Positions 49,780 to 58,410 of a stretch of DNA of 64,000 nucleotides are shown piece after piece. The notes beneath the pieces were generated by a model. It was not told where the DNA came from, did no database searches, and worked only from the letters and a program-made list of their open reading frames with translations. Numbering within the stretch: the stretch's first letter is position 1; every line of letters begins with the position of its first letter. The DNA is from Candidatus Zixiibacteriota bacterium (GTDB taxonomy: Bacteria; RBG-13-66-14; B26-G2; WVWN01): the NCBI GenBank assembly GCA_050117845.1, contig JASFLY010000001.1, forward strand, positions 224,001 through 288,000, read 5' to 3'. The position numbers were made by a program, and so were the translations under genes.

Positions 49780-51099
49780 ATGACACTTGACGAACTGAAG
49801 GGTAAAATCGAGCGCCGGGAGGCCTGCGCCGGCGTGGTGGGCCTCGGCTACGTGGGCCTGCCGCTCGCCATGGCCTACGCCGCCGCCGGATACCACGTCA
49901 TCGGCTACGACATCGACCCGGATAAGGTCGAGACGCTCATGGCGGGTCGCTCCTACATCGGCGACGTCACGGACGAGGAGCTGGCCAAAACCCTCGCGGA
50001 CGAGGCGTTCGAGACGACGACCGACCCGGCGCGGCTGGCCGAGGCCGACGTGGTGGCCGTATGCGTCCCCACCCCCCTCACCGCCGACAAGGAACCCGAC
50101 CTATCGTATCTGGAGAGCACGGCCCGCGCCCTCGCCCCCCACCTCCGGCCGGGCCAGCTCGTCATCGTCGAATCAACCGTCTACCCCGGGGCGACCCGGG
50201 AGGCCGTCCTGCCACTCCTCGAGGCCGGCGGCCTTAAGGCCGGCCGGGACTTCTGGCTCGCCTTCTCCCCCGAACGAGTCGACCCCGGCAACACCGCCTA
50301 TCCCTTGAAGGGAATCCCGACCGTCGTGGGCGGCGTGGACGAGGCCGCGACCGAGCTCGCCTACGCCTTCTACCGGCCCGTCGTCAAGGAGGTCGTCCGG
50401 GTATCCTCGGCCGAGGCCGCGGAGATGTCTAAACTGCTGGAGAATACCTACCGCGCCGTGAACATCGCGCTGGTCAACGAACTCAAGGTGATGTGCCACG
50501 AGATGGGCCTCGACGTCTTCGAGGTCATCGCCGCCGCGGCCACCAAGCCTTACGGCTTCCAGAAGTTCGTCCCCGGCCCGGGGGTCGGCGGCCACTGCAT
50601 CCCGCTCGACCCTTACTACCTCGCGTGGCGCGCCCGGCAGGTGGGACGGGAAAGCCGCTTCGTCGAACTCGCCGGCCAGGTCAACGACGAGATGCCCTCG
50701 TATGCCGTGGGCCGGCTCGAGGCGGCGCTGCAGGCCCGGGGGAAGGAGCTGGCCGGGGCGCGGGTGCTCGTACTCGGCGTGGCCTATAAGGCCAACGTCG
50801 ACGACCTCCGCGAGTCCCCCGCCCTCGTCGTCATCGACGTCCTACGGAGCCGGGGCGCAGAGGTCTCCTACCACGACCCGTACGCCCCCGAACTCCCCGC
50901 GACGCGCAAATTCGACTTCGGCCTGAAATCCGTCGAACTCTCCGCCGAGGCGCTGAAGTCGTACGACGCGGTCGTCATCACGACGGACCACACGGCGGTC
51001 GATTACGATATGCTGTTCCGCGAAGCCGCGCTCGTCCTCGACACGCGCGGCGTGGCCCGGCGTCTGGGCCTCGACGGCGGCAACGTCGTCACGGCCTGA
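49780..51099 (+). CDS. UDP-sugar (UDP-GlcNAc/ManNAc) 6-dehydrogenase, WbpA/WecC family
   Basis: VGLGYVGLPLA, CVPTP, ESTVYPG, SPERVDPG, KLLEN, GVGGHCIPLDP, DDLRESP. Confidence 0.92.
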   Translation: MTLDELKGKIERREACAGVVGLGYVGLPLAMAYAAAGYHVIGYDIDPDKVETLMAGRSYIGDVTDEELAKTLADEAFETTTDPARLAEADVVAVCVPTPLTADKEPDLSYLESTARALAPHLRPGQLVIVESTVYPGATREAVLPLLEAGGLKAGRDFWLAFSPERVDPGNTAYPLKGIPTVVGGVDEAATELAYAFYRPVVKEVVRVSSAEAAEMSKLLENTYRAVNIALVNELKVMCHEMGLDVFEVIAAAATKPYGFQKFVPGPGVGGHCIPLDPYYLAWRARQVGRESRFVELAGQVNDEMPSYAVGRLEAALQARGKELAGARVLVLGVAYKANVDDLRESPALVVIDVLRSRGAEVSYHDPYAPELPATRKFDFGLKSVELSAEALKSYDAVVITTDHTAVDYDMLFREAALVLDTRGVARRLGLDGGNVVTA

Positions 51100-51115
51100 A
51101 GGTCTATTCCAACCG

Positions 51116-51155
51116 AAAAGAAAAGCCGGCCCTCGGGCCGGCTCGTTTTTTATTA
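51116..51155. terminator. Bidirectional intrinsic terminator
   Basis: A run, AGCCGGCC/GGCCGGCT stem, T run, between convergent genes. Confidence 0.75.
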
Positions 51156-51170
51156 TTTATACAACTCGGC

Positions 51171-51677
51171 CTAGCCGGCCGGAAACGCAAACGACTCGAA
51201 CCGGTCCTTACTCGCCTTGCATATGGGACACGTTTCCGGCGGGGCCTCCCGGCCGCACAGGTACCCGCATACGCGGCAGCGCCACACGGCCACGCCCCCG
51301 GCGGGAACTTCGGCACGACGATACTGCGGCCGGTCCTCCTTCTTCGCGGGCCGGCGCTCGGGCACAGTCTGCGCCTCGGCCTTCCCCTCCGCGATTTCCC
51401 GGGAAACGTAAAGCGCGCAGTAGCACGCGCCGAACTCCCCCAGGTCGGCGTCGCGGTAATCGCAGGGGCAGATGATGTCGAGGTCCGCTTCCCGCTCCCC
51501 GGCGGCCAAGCGGCAGGGGCAGGCCTGGTAGCCGTAGCGGCCTACGTTGGTGGCGAGGCCCTCGACGAGGGCACGGGTGAACTCGGCGTCGGGGTTGAGG
51601 TGGTACCCGCCGGCCCGGGCCTCCCGCTCCAGTTTCTTTTGCAGCGCGTCGACTTCCCGCGTTTCGGGTTCGGCCAT
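51171..51677 (-). CDS. Ferredoxin:thioredoxin reductase-like catalytic domain fused to a rubredoxin-like domain (FDR type)
   Basis: CPCR, ICPCDY, CYCALY motifs; C-terminal WRCRVCGY..PETCPIC. Confidence 0.9.
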   Translation of the reverse strand: MAEPETREVDALQKKLEREARAGGYHLNPDAEFTRALVEGLATNVGRYGYQACPCRLAAGEREADLDIICPCDYRDADLGEFGACYCALYVSREIAEGKAEAQTVPERRPAKKEDRPQYRRAEVPAGGVAVWRCRVCGYLCGREAPPETCPICKASKDRFESFAFPAG

Positions 51678-51687
51678 CTTCCCCTCC

Positions 51688-51963
51688 TTACAAATCGAGC
51701 AGCCTGCGAATCTCGTCCGGCCGGTATCCGGTGACGCATTCGTCGGGCGTGCATAACGTCGGGTACGCCGCCCGCCCCGCGCGCGCCATTATCTCGGCCT
51801 CTATCTCGTCGCGCCGGTCGGGAGTGGCCAGGTCGACGTACTCGTAGTCGTACGTCAAACCGAGTTCCTCCAGCAGTTGGCGCGTCTTCTTGCACCACAC
51901 GCAGGTCGATAGCGCGTAAAGTTTAACGTCGCCCCTGTCGACGGTTCCGTCAACGTGTTCCAT
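51688..51963 (-). CDS. Glutaredoxin-like (NrdH-type) protein
   Basis: LYALSTCVWCKKT, YPTL; adjacent to the FTR-like gene. Confidence 0.88.
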   Translation of the reverse strand: MEHVDGTVDRGDVKLYALSTCVWCKKTRQLLEELGLTYDYEYVDLATPDRRDEIEAEIMARAGRAAYPTLCTPDECVTGYRPDEIRRLLDL

Positions 51964-52024
51964 ATCGCGTCCGCACCTCGCTCTGTTACGCGTTGCGTTG
52001 AAATAGGTTGAACGCCGGCCGGGA

Positions 52025-52684
52025 CTACCCCCCGGACAACCGGCCTTTTATGTAGTCCACCCACGCGGCCACGCCCTCGCCCGTCTCGCCCGACACCTCG
52101 AACACGTCGAGCTTGGGGTTGACGGCCTCGACGTTGCGTTTCAATGCGGCAACGTCAACGTGCAGGTGGGGTAGGAGGTCCGTTTTGGTGATGACGGCCG
52201 CCTTCGCCTCCTGGAACGCCAGCGGGTACTTGAGCGGCTTGTCCTCGCCCTCGGCCACGGATATTACGACCACCTTCTCGTTCTCGCCGACGTAGAACTC
52301 CGCCGGGCAAACCAGGTTGCCGACGTTCTCGATGAACACGGTGCCGAGGTCGTCCAGCGGCAGGTCCTCCAGCGCGGCCTTCACGAGGTTGGGCGCCAGG
52401 TGGCAATCGCCGCCGAAGGGGCCGGTGTTGATCTGCACGATGGGGACGTCGAACTTCTGGAGACGCTCGGCGTCGGCCGTGGTCGCGATGTCTCCCTCTA
52501 TGACGCCCGGCCTGATTTCGGCCAAGGCGGCCTCAAAGGTCCGCTCGAGGAGGCGGGTCTTCCCGGCGCCCGGCGACCCGATGATATTCACGGCGTAGAC
52601 GCCCTTTTCCGCCAGGTAGGCGGCGATTTCGTCGGCCAATTTCTCGTGGGCTTCGAGCACCTTTTTTACGATCTTAATTTCCAT
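52025..52684 (-). CDS. hypB: Hydrogenase nickel-insertion GTPase
   Basis: GSPGAGKT, IEGDI, CHL, ENVGNLVCPAEF, EGEDKPLKYP, TKTDL. Confidence 0.96.
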   Translation of the reverse strand: MEIKIVKKVLEAHEKLADEIAAYLAEKGVYAVNIIGSPGAGKTRLLERTFEAALAEIRPGVIEGDIATTADAERLQKFDVPIVQINTGPFGGDCHLAPNLVKAALEDLPLDDLGTVFIENVGNLVCPAEFYVGENEKVVVISVAEGEDKPLKYPLAFQEAKAAVITKTDLLPHLHVDVAALKRNVEAVNPKLDVFEVSGETGEGVAAWVDYIKGRLSGG

Positions 52685-52698
52685 CGACGACCGTCCTT

Positions 52699-53052
52699 CT
52701 AGTTCTCGTCCAGGATCTCCAGCGAATCGATAAGCAATTCCCGCCCCGACGTAATCTCAAGATCGGGCGAGCCGCAGGCGGCGCAAAGGAACGGCGGCTC
52801 CTCCACGCAGAGCTCGGCCCCGCACGAGCGGCACTTCCCGACCACCGGTATTTCCTCGATGTCGAGCGTCGCGCCCTCGAGGGGCGTGTCCTCGGTCAAG
52901 GTTTCGAAGTAGAACGTCATCGCCGCCGGCACGAACGTGGTGAGCAGCCCGAGTTTCAAATGCACCGTTTTTACGCGGCCGGCCACGCCGTGGCGATCCA
53001 CCTCCACGAGAAGCTGTTCGACGAGCGAGTTTACGACCGAAAGCTCGTGCAC
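52699..53052 (-). CDS. hypA: Hydrogenase nickel metallochaperone
   Basis: MHELS N-terminus; CRSC and CAAC; GREL. Confidence 0.95.
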   Translation of the reverse strand: MHELSVVNSLVEQLLVEVDRHGVAGRVKTVHLKLGLLTTFVPAAMTFYFETLTEDTPLEGATLDIEEIPVVGKCRSCGAELCVEEPPFLCAACGSPDLEITSGRELLIDSLEILDEN

Positions 53053-53053
53053 G

Positions 53054-54058
53054 TCAGCATATCCTCGGGAGTTGGTCCGCCAGCGGCATCCCGAGGACGC
53101 GGGTCCCGCCGACCACCGTCTTCACGAATACGCGCTTCGGCTCCGCGACGACCCGGCCTATTATCTCCGCCCCGGCGCCGAATGCGTGGCCCCGCATCGC
53201 CCGCACCAGGCCTTCCGCCTCGGCCACCGGCGCCACCGCGACCACCTTCCCCTCGTTGGCCACGTAGAGAGGGTCGAGCCCCAGGATTTCGCACACCGCC
53301 GCGACGTCCCCCTTAACCGGTATCTTCTCCTCGGCGATTTCCAGGCCGACGCCGTGCCCCTCGGCGGCCTCGTTCAAGGCCGCCGCCAGGCCGCCCCGCG
53401 TCGGGTCCCGCATGAACTTTATCCCCGGCGCGGCCTCGCGCATGGCCCGGCACAAGTCGCCCAACGGCGCGCAGTCGCTCTCCACCGCGGCGTCGAACTT
53501 GAACTGCTCCCGGGCCAGCATGACCGCGACGCCGTGGTCGCCGACCGACCCGCTGAGCACCACCGCGTCGCCGGGTTCGAGCGGCCGCCGGAGCGGCTCC
53601 CGGCCCCCGTAAACGCCCACGCCCGCCGTCGTGATGAAAAGGCCGTCGGCCTCGCCCCGCGCCACGACCTTCGTGTCGCCGCAGACTATCTCGACCCCCG
53701 CCTCCCGGGCCGCCGCCGCCATCGACGCCGCGATCCGATCGAGCGTCGCGAGCGGCAGGCCCTCCTCCAGCGTGAAGGCCGCGGAGAGATAACGCGGTTC
53801 GGCGCCCATGACGGCGAGGTCGTTGACGGTGCCGCACACCGCCAGTTTGCCGATGTCGCCGCCGGGGAACTCCAGCGGTTTGACGACGTACGCGTCGGTG
53901 GTGAAGGCCGCGCGGCCGGGGGGCAGCTCGAGCGTGGCCGCGTCGTCCAGCGCCCGCAACGCCTCGTTGTCGAAGTGCCGGGCGAAGACGTCGGCCACCA
54001 GCCGCCGCATCAGGACGCCGCCGGCGCCGTGACCCAATTGTATTATATCATCACTCAT
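53054..54058 (-). CDS. hypE: Hydrogenase maturation carbamoyl dehydratase
   Basis: HGAGG, FPGGDIGKLAVCGTVNDL, GDTKVV, RDPTRGG, ANEG, C-terminal LPRIC. Confidence 0.97.
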   Translation of the reverse strand: MSDDIIQLGHGAGGVLMRRLVADVFARHFDNEALRALDDAATLELPPGRAAFTTDAYVVKPLEFPGGDIGKLAVCGTVNDLAVMGAEPRYLSAAFTLEEGLPLATLDRIAASMAAAAREAGVEIVCGDTKVVARGEADGLFITTAGVGVYGGREPLRRPLEPGDAVVLSGSVGDHGVAVMLAREQFKFDAAVESDCAPLGDLCRAMREAAPGIKFMRDPTRGGLAAALNEAAEGHGVGLEIAEEKIPVKGDVAAVCEILGLDPLYVANEGKVVAVAPVAEAEGLVRAMRGHAFGAGAEIIGRVVAEPKRVFVKTVVGGTRVLGMPLADQLPRIC

Positions 54059-55142
54059 CGCCGTATTTATACGCCGCCGCGCAGCTCCCCTCCGACGAGA
54101 CCATGCACGGCCCCACCGGGGCTTCGGGGGTACAACGGCCGCCGAACAGGCCGCAATCCGCGGGGGCCCGGGCGCCCGTCAACACGTCGCCGCAAATGCA
54201 GCCGACGTCGGGGACCGTCTCCTCCACCTCGACCGGTATCGCCCTCGCGGCGTCGAAACGCTGATAGGCCGTCGTAAAGGTCAAGCCGCTCGCGGCCATC
54301 TCCCCCAGGCCCCGCCACCGCGAATCGCAGGGCTCGAAGACCTCGGCCAAGAGCGCCCGCGCCCGGGGGTTCCCCTCCTCCTTGACGACGCGCGCGTATT
54401 GATTCTCGACGCGGCTCTCGCCGTCGGCGTATTGTTTCAACAATAAGTATATGCCCTGCATCACGTCCACCGGCTCGAAGCCGGTGACGACGCCGGGGAG
54501 GCCGAAGTCCCGAGCCACGAACTCGTACGCCCGGGCGCCGATAATCGCGCTCACGTGCGCCGGATAGAGGAAGCCGTCGAGGGCCAGGTCCTTCATCGCA
54601 CACAAGGCCGCGAGGGCCGGCGGGACGAGTTTGTGCGCCGAGAGGACGAAAAAGTTGTCGACCCCCTCGGCCGCCGCTTTCTTCACCGTGGCCGCGATGG
54701 TCGGGGCGGTGGTCTCGAAGCCGACCCCCAGGAATACCACCCGCCGGCCGGCTTCGGCCCGGGCGGCCGCAAGCGCCTCCCGCGGCGAGTACACCACGCG
54801 CACGTCCGCCCCTTCGGCCTGGAGCGCCAGGAGGTTCGCCGAACTCCCGGGCACGCGCATCATGTCGCCGAAGGTCGCAACGGTCACGCCCGGCGTCCGC
54901 GCCAGTGCGACGGCGTGGTCCACGTAGTCCTTGGGCGTTACGCACACCGGGCAGCCGGGGCCGGACACCAGCCGGACGTTTTCGGGCAGGAGCTTCTTCA
55001 GGCCGTAGCGCGCGATGGCCATGGTATGCGTCCCGCATACCTCCATGAAGGAGAACTCGCGCCCCGGGTCGTTGACGGCCGCGACCGCCGCCGCGGCCTT
55101 CTCCGTCCGTGCCCGGTCCCGGAACTCGTCGAGGTATTTCAC
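54051..55142 (-). CDS. hypD: Hydrogenase maturation protein HypD
   Basis: MEVCGTHT, GPGCPVC, GFETT, CMVSSEGSC; GTG start overlapping the hypC stop. Confidence 0.96.
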   Translation of the reverse strand: MKYLDEFRDRARTEKAAAAVAAVNDPGREFSFMEVCGTHTMAIARYGLKKLLPENVRLVSGPGCPVCVTPKDYVDHAVALARTPGVTVATFGDMMRVPGSSANLLALQAEGADVRVVYSPREALAAARAEAGRRVVFLGVGFETTAPTIAATVKKAAAEGVDNFFVLSAHKLVPPALAALCAMKDLALDGFLYPAHVSAIIGARAYEFVARDFGLPGVVTGFEPVDVMQGIYLLLKQYADGESRVENQYARVVKEEGNPRARALLAEVFEPCDSRWRGLGEMAASGLTFTTAYQRFDAARAIPVEVEETVPDVGCICGDVLTGARAPADCGLFGGRCTPEAPVGPCMVSSEGSCAAAYKYGDE

Positions 55143-55369
55143 TTCCCCCGGCCGGTATCGAAGCCGACCTGGTCCAGGAGATCGAGCGTCTCCTGCGCCT
55201 CCTCCTCGTCGAGTATTTCGATGGCGAAGCCGGCGTGGATGATGACGTAGTCGCCGACCTTCGCGTCGGGAGAGAGGGACAGGTCGCATTCCTGCCGCAC
55301 GTTCGACATCTCGACCGTCGCCCGCGTCCCGTCTACCTCGATTATCTTCATCGGTACGCCCAAACACAT
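55139..55369 (-). CDS. hypC: Hydrogenase chaperone HypC
   Basis: MCLGVP start; VGDYVIIHAGFAI. Confidence 0.96.
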   Translation of the reverse strand: MCLGVPMKIIEVDGTRATVEMSNVRQECDLSLSPDAKVGDYVIIHAGFAIEILDEEEAQETLDLLDQVGFDTGRGK

Positions 55370-55373
55370 ATCG

Positions 55374-57665
55374 CTATTTATCCTTTTCGAGTTTGGCCAG
55401 CGCCACCGCGGCCTGGCCCAGCGAAAGGCCGCCGTCGTTCGTCGGCACCTGTTCATGTATTATAACCCGGAACGCGGCGCTTTCCAACAACGGTATCACC
55501 CGGGACAGCAGGGTGACGTTCTGGAAGACGCCGCCGCCCAGGGCCACGACGCCCAGGCCGGAAGTGTCGCGCAAGAGCGACGCGACGCGTTCCACCATCG
55601 CGGCGACGCCGTTGTGGAAGCGGGCCGCGATGACGGAGGGCGAAGCGCCCGCCGCCACGTCCGACAGGACGCCCTCGATCGCCGGGGCCGGGTCGACGAC
55701 GAGGGGCTTCCCCTCGCCGTAGGCGAACTCGTACGCGCCGGCCTCGTCGGCATCGGCGGCCTGCTCGAGTTCGATGGCGGCCTGGCCCTCGTAATTGGTA
55801 TAGTAACGGACGCCGGCGAGCGCGGCCACCGCGTCGAAGAGGCGGCCCATGGAACTCGTCGGCGGCGAGTTGACGCCCTTGGCCGCGGCCTCCAGGACCA
55901 TCTCGCGGCTCCGCTCCGGTATCTCGGCGAGGCCCGGCGTAACACGACGGCCGGCCTCGGCGCCGTACAGGTCGTGGAGCCAGGAGAGGGCCATCCGCCA
56001 GGATTCCCGCGCCGCGGCGTCCCCGCCGGGGAGAGGGACGTATTTAACGTGGGCCGCGCGGACGTACTCCGCCGCGTCGGCCAACAGGAACTCGCCGCCC
56101 CAAATGGCGCCGTCGTCCCCCAGGCCCGCGCCGTCGAAGGCGACGCCGATGACCTTGCCGCCGTCGTACCCGGCGTCCGCGAGGACCGAGGCCACGTGGC
56201 CGTGGTGATGCTGAACTACGACCTCCGGCAGGCCCGTCTCCCGGGCGTAACGGGTGGAGAGGTAATCGGGGTGGAGGTCCCGCGCCACCGCCGCCGGCTC
56301 GACGTCGAAGAGGCGGCGGAAGTGCGCCACGCCCTCCTCGAACGCCTCCAGCGTCGCGACGTTCTCGAGGTCGCCGACGTGATGCGAGACGAACGCCCGG
56401 TCCCCCTTCGTCAAACAAAAAGTGTTCTTAAGTTCGGCGCCAACGGCGAGGACGCTTTTATTATAAGTGTCACCTAAGTCGATGGGGAGCGGGACGTAGC
56501 CGCGCGAACGGCGGACCGGGTACTCCCGGCCTTGGAAGGCCCGCGTCACCGTGTCGTCGACGCGCCGGGCGATGGGCCGGTTATGCACCAGGAAATAGTC
56601 GGCGATGCCGGCCAGATGCTCGGCCACCAAGTCGTCGCGGTAGGCGATGGGCTCGTCGGCCCGGTTGCCCGAGGTCATCACGAGGATCTCGAGGTCGTCG
56701 TCGAACAGGAGGTGGTGGAGGGGGGTGTAGGGCAACATGACGCCCAGGCAGCGGTTGCCGGGCGCTATTTCCTCCGGCAGGTAGAACGGCGTACGCTTGC
56801 GCAACAGGACGATAGGACGCTTCTCGGAAAGGAGCAGCGCAAGCTCGGCGTCGTCCACTTCGGCGTAGCGCCGGGCGACCGCGGCGTCCGCAACCATGAC
56901 GGCGAACGGCTTGTCCTCCCGGTACTTCCGCGAGCGCAGCGCCGCCACCGCCTCGGCGGAAGTCGCGTCGCACGCCAGGTGGTAGCCCCCCAGCCCCTTA
57001 ACCGCCACGACCCGGCCTTCCAGTAATAAACGCTTAGCGTCGTCGAGCGGATCGGCCGACGCGAGCGGCTTCCCCTCGGCGTCCCACAGGGCAAGGCTCG
57101 GGCCGCAGGCCGGGCAGGCGTTGGGCTGGGCGTGGAAACGCCGGTTGCCGGGGTCCTCGTATTCCGCCCGGCAGGCCGGGCACATCTCAAACGACGCCAT
57201 CGTCGTCTTCGGCCGGTCGTACGGAACGCCCTGAATGATGGTGAACCGCGGGCCGCAGTTGGTGCAGTTGATGAAGGGGTAACGATACCGGCGGTCCGCC
57301 GGGTCCAGCAGCTCGTCCAGGCAGTCGCCGCAGGTCGCGACGTCCGGCGAGATGAGCGTCTGCGCCCGCCCCGGCTCGCTCTGTCTGATGACGAAAGACG
57401 TCTCGGCCGCCGGGCTCAACTCCTCTTCTTCCATGGAGTCGATGCGGGCCCGGGGCGGCGGGGCCGCCCGGAGCTCGGCCAGGAAGCCGGCTATCGCTTC
57501 CGCCGGCCCCTCCAGCTCGACGACGACGCCGGCGCCGTCGTTGAGGACGAAGCCGGCGAGGCCCAACCGCCGGGCGAGGTTGTACACATGGGGCCGAAAG
57601 CCCACGCCCTGCACCACGCCGGCCACGCGCACGCGCCTGCGGATTGCCGCGGCGGCCTGGTTCAC
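55374..57665 (-). CDS. hypF: Carbamoyltransferase HypF
   Basis: GVVQGVGFRP, zinc fingers CTNCGPRF and CPACGP, KGLGGYHL, DLHPDYLS, QHHHGH, NDGGLSLGQ. Confidence 0.96.
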   Translation of the reverse strand: MNQAAAAIRRRVRVAGVVQGVGFRPHVYNLARRLGLAGFVLNDGAGVVVELEGPAEAIAGFLAELRAAPPPRARIDSMEEEELSPAAETSFVIRQSEPGRAQTLISPDVATCGDCLDELLDPADRRYRYPFINCTNCGPRFTIIQGVPYDRPKTTMASFEMCPACRAEYEDPGNRRFHAQPNACPACGPSLALWDAEGKPLASADPLDDAKRLLLEGRVVAVKGLGGYHLACDATSAEAVAALRSRKYREDKPFAVMVADAAVARRYAEVDDAELALLLSEKRPIVLLRKRTPFYLPEEIAPGNRCLGVMLPYTPLHHLLFDDDLEILVMTSGNRADEPIAYRDDLVAEHLAGIADYFLVHNRPIARRVDDTVTRAFQGREYPVRRSRGYVPLPIDLGDTYNKSVLAVGAELKNTFCLTKGDRAFVSHHVGDLENVATLEAFEEGVAHFRRLFDVEPAAVARDLHPDYLSTRYARETGLPEVVVQHHHGHVASVLADAGYDGGKVIGVAFDGAGLGDDGAIWGGEFLLADAAEYVRAAHVKYVPLPGGDAAARESWRMALSWLHDLYGAEAGRRVTPGLAEIPERSREMVLEAAAKGVNSPPTSSMGRLFDAVAALAGVRYYTNYEGQAAIELEQAADADEAGAYEFAYGEGKPLVVDPAPAIEGVLSDVAAGASPSVIAARFHNGVAAMVERVASLLRDTSGLGVVALGGGVFQNVTLLSRVIPLLESAAFRVIIHEQVPTNDGGLSLGQAAVALAKLEKDK

Positions 57666-58162
57666 CCGAGCCACTCCTTCAGCTCGTCCAGCACGGCGGC
57701 GGCGGCCTCCTCCACCGCGGCGGCGACCTCGGCGGTCATCTCCTCCGTGAACTCGTTGAGTTCGACCGCCTCGACCGCCACGACCGTCACCGGGTCCGGG
57801 GCCCCGAGGCCCAGCGTCCCGCAAACGTCGAGCGCGCCGGCCAGGTTCACGCCGTGGCTGTGGCCCAGATGGGCGGTGACGCGCAGCGCCTCGGCCGAGA
57901 AGGCGTAGACGGTCCCGGCGACGCCGTCCTTGGTCTGGATGGCGTCCGCGACCACGGCCCGGTCGTACCCGCGGAGGTAGTCCACCAGGTCGAAGCCCCC
58001 CGTGCACGCCTCGTCCACGACGACCCTGGGGGCGAGTTCGGCGGGCAGGAGTTCGGCCACGCGGCGCACGACGTGGATGCCAACGCCGTCGTCGCCGCGG
58101 ATCTCGTTGCCGACGCCCAGGACGAGGGTCTTGCCCTTCCGGCCTTCAAATTCGTCCCGCAT
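57662..58162 (-). CDS. Hydrogenase maturation endopeptidase
   Basis: LVLGVGNEIRGDDGVG, VVADA, HSHG. Confidence 0.92.
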   Translation of the reverse strand: MRDEFEGRKGKTLVLGVGNEIRGDDGVGIHVVRRVAELLPAELAPRVVVDEACTGGFDLVDYLRGYDRAVVADAIQTKDGVAGTVYAFSAEALRVTAHLGHSHGVNLAGALDVCGTLGLGAPDPVTVVAVEAVELNEFTEEMTAEVAAAVEEAAAAVLDELKEWLG

Positions 58163-58236
58163 ATTCCGTAATTGTAACATAAAAAGGCCGCCCGCCCCAA
58201 CTCACGTATCAGGCCAATAGCCGCGTAATATTCACT

Positions 58237-58353
58237 TGCCGTCGGGCGTTAACACCTGGCGGCCGCGTTCAACTCGGGAGGAACGGCGGGCATAAAGCCC
58301 GCCGCTTCATGTTTGAATAATACTCCCGGCGTCGGGTGGTAACACCCAACGCC
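58237..58353. repeat. Cluster of REP-like palindromes
   Basis: Hairpins at 58237-58264, 58284-58307 and 58328-58353 are related to those at 40165-40188 and 40376-40403. Confidence 0.6.
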
Positions 58354-58363
58354 ACTCTAAAGT

Positions 58364-58387
58364 AAAAGGCGGCCCGCAGGCCGCCTT
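58364..58387 (-). terminator. Intrinsic terminator after the Cys-type large subunit
   Basis: AAGGCGGCC/GGCCGCCTT stem with a T run on the minus strand. Confidence 0.7.
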
Positions 58388-58410
58388 ACCCACCACCTCC
58401 CGGTGTCCGG

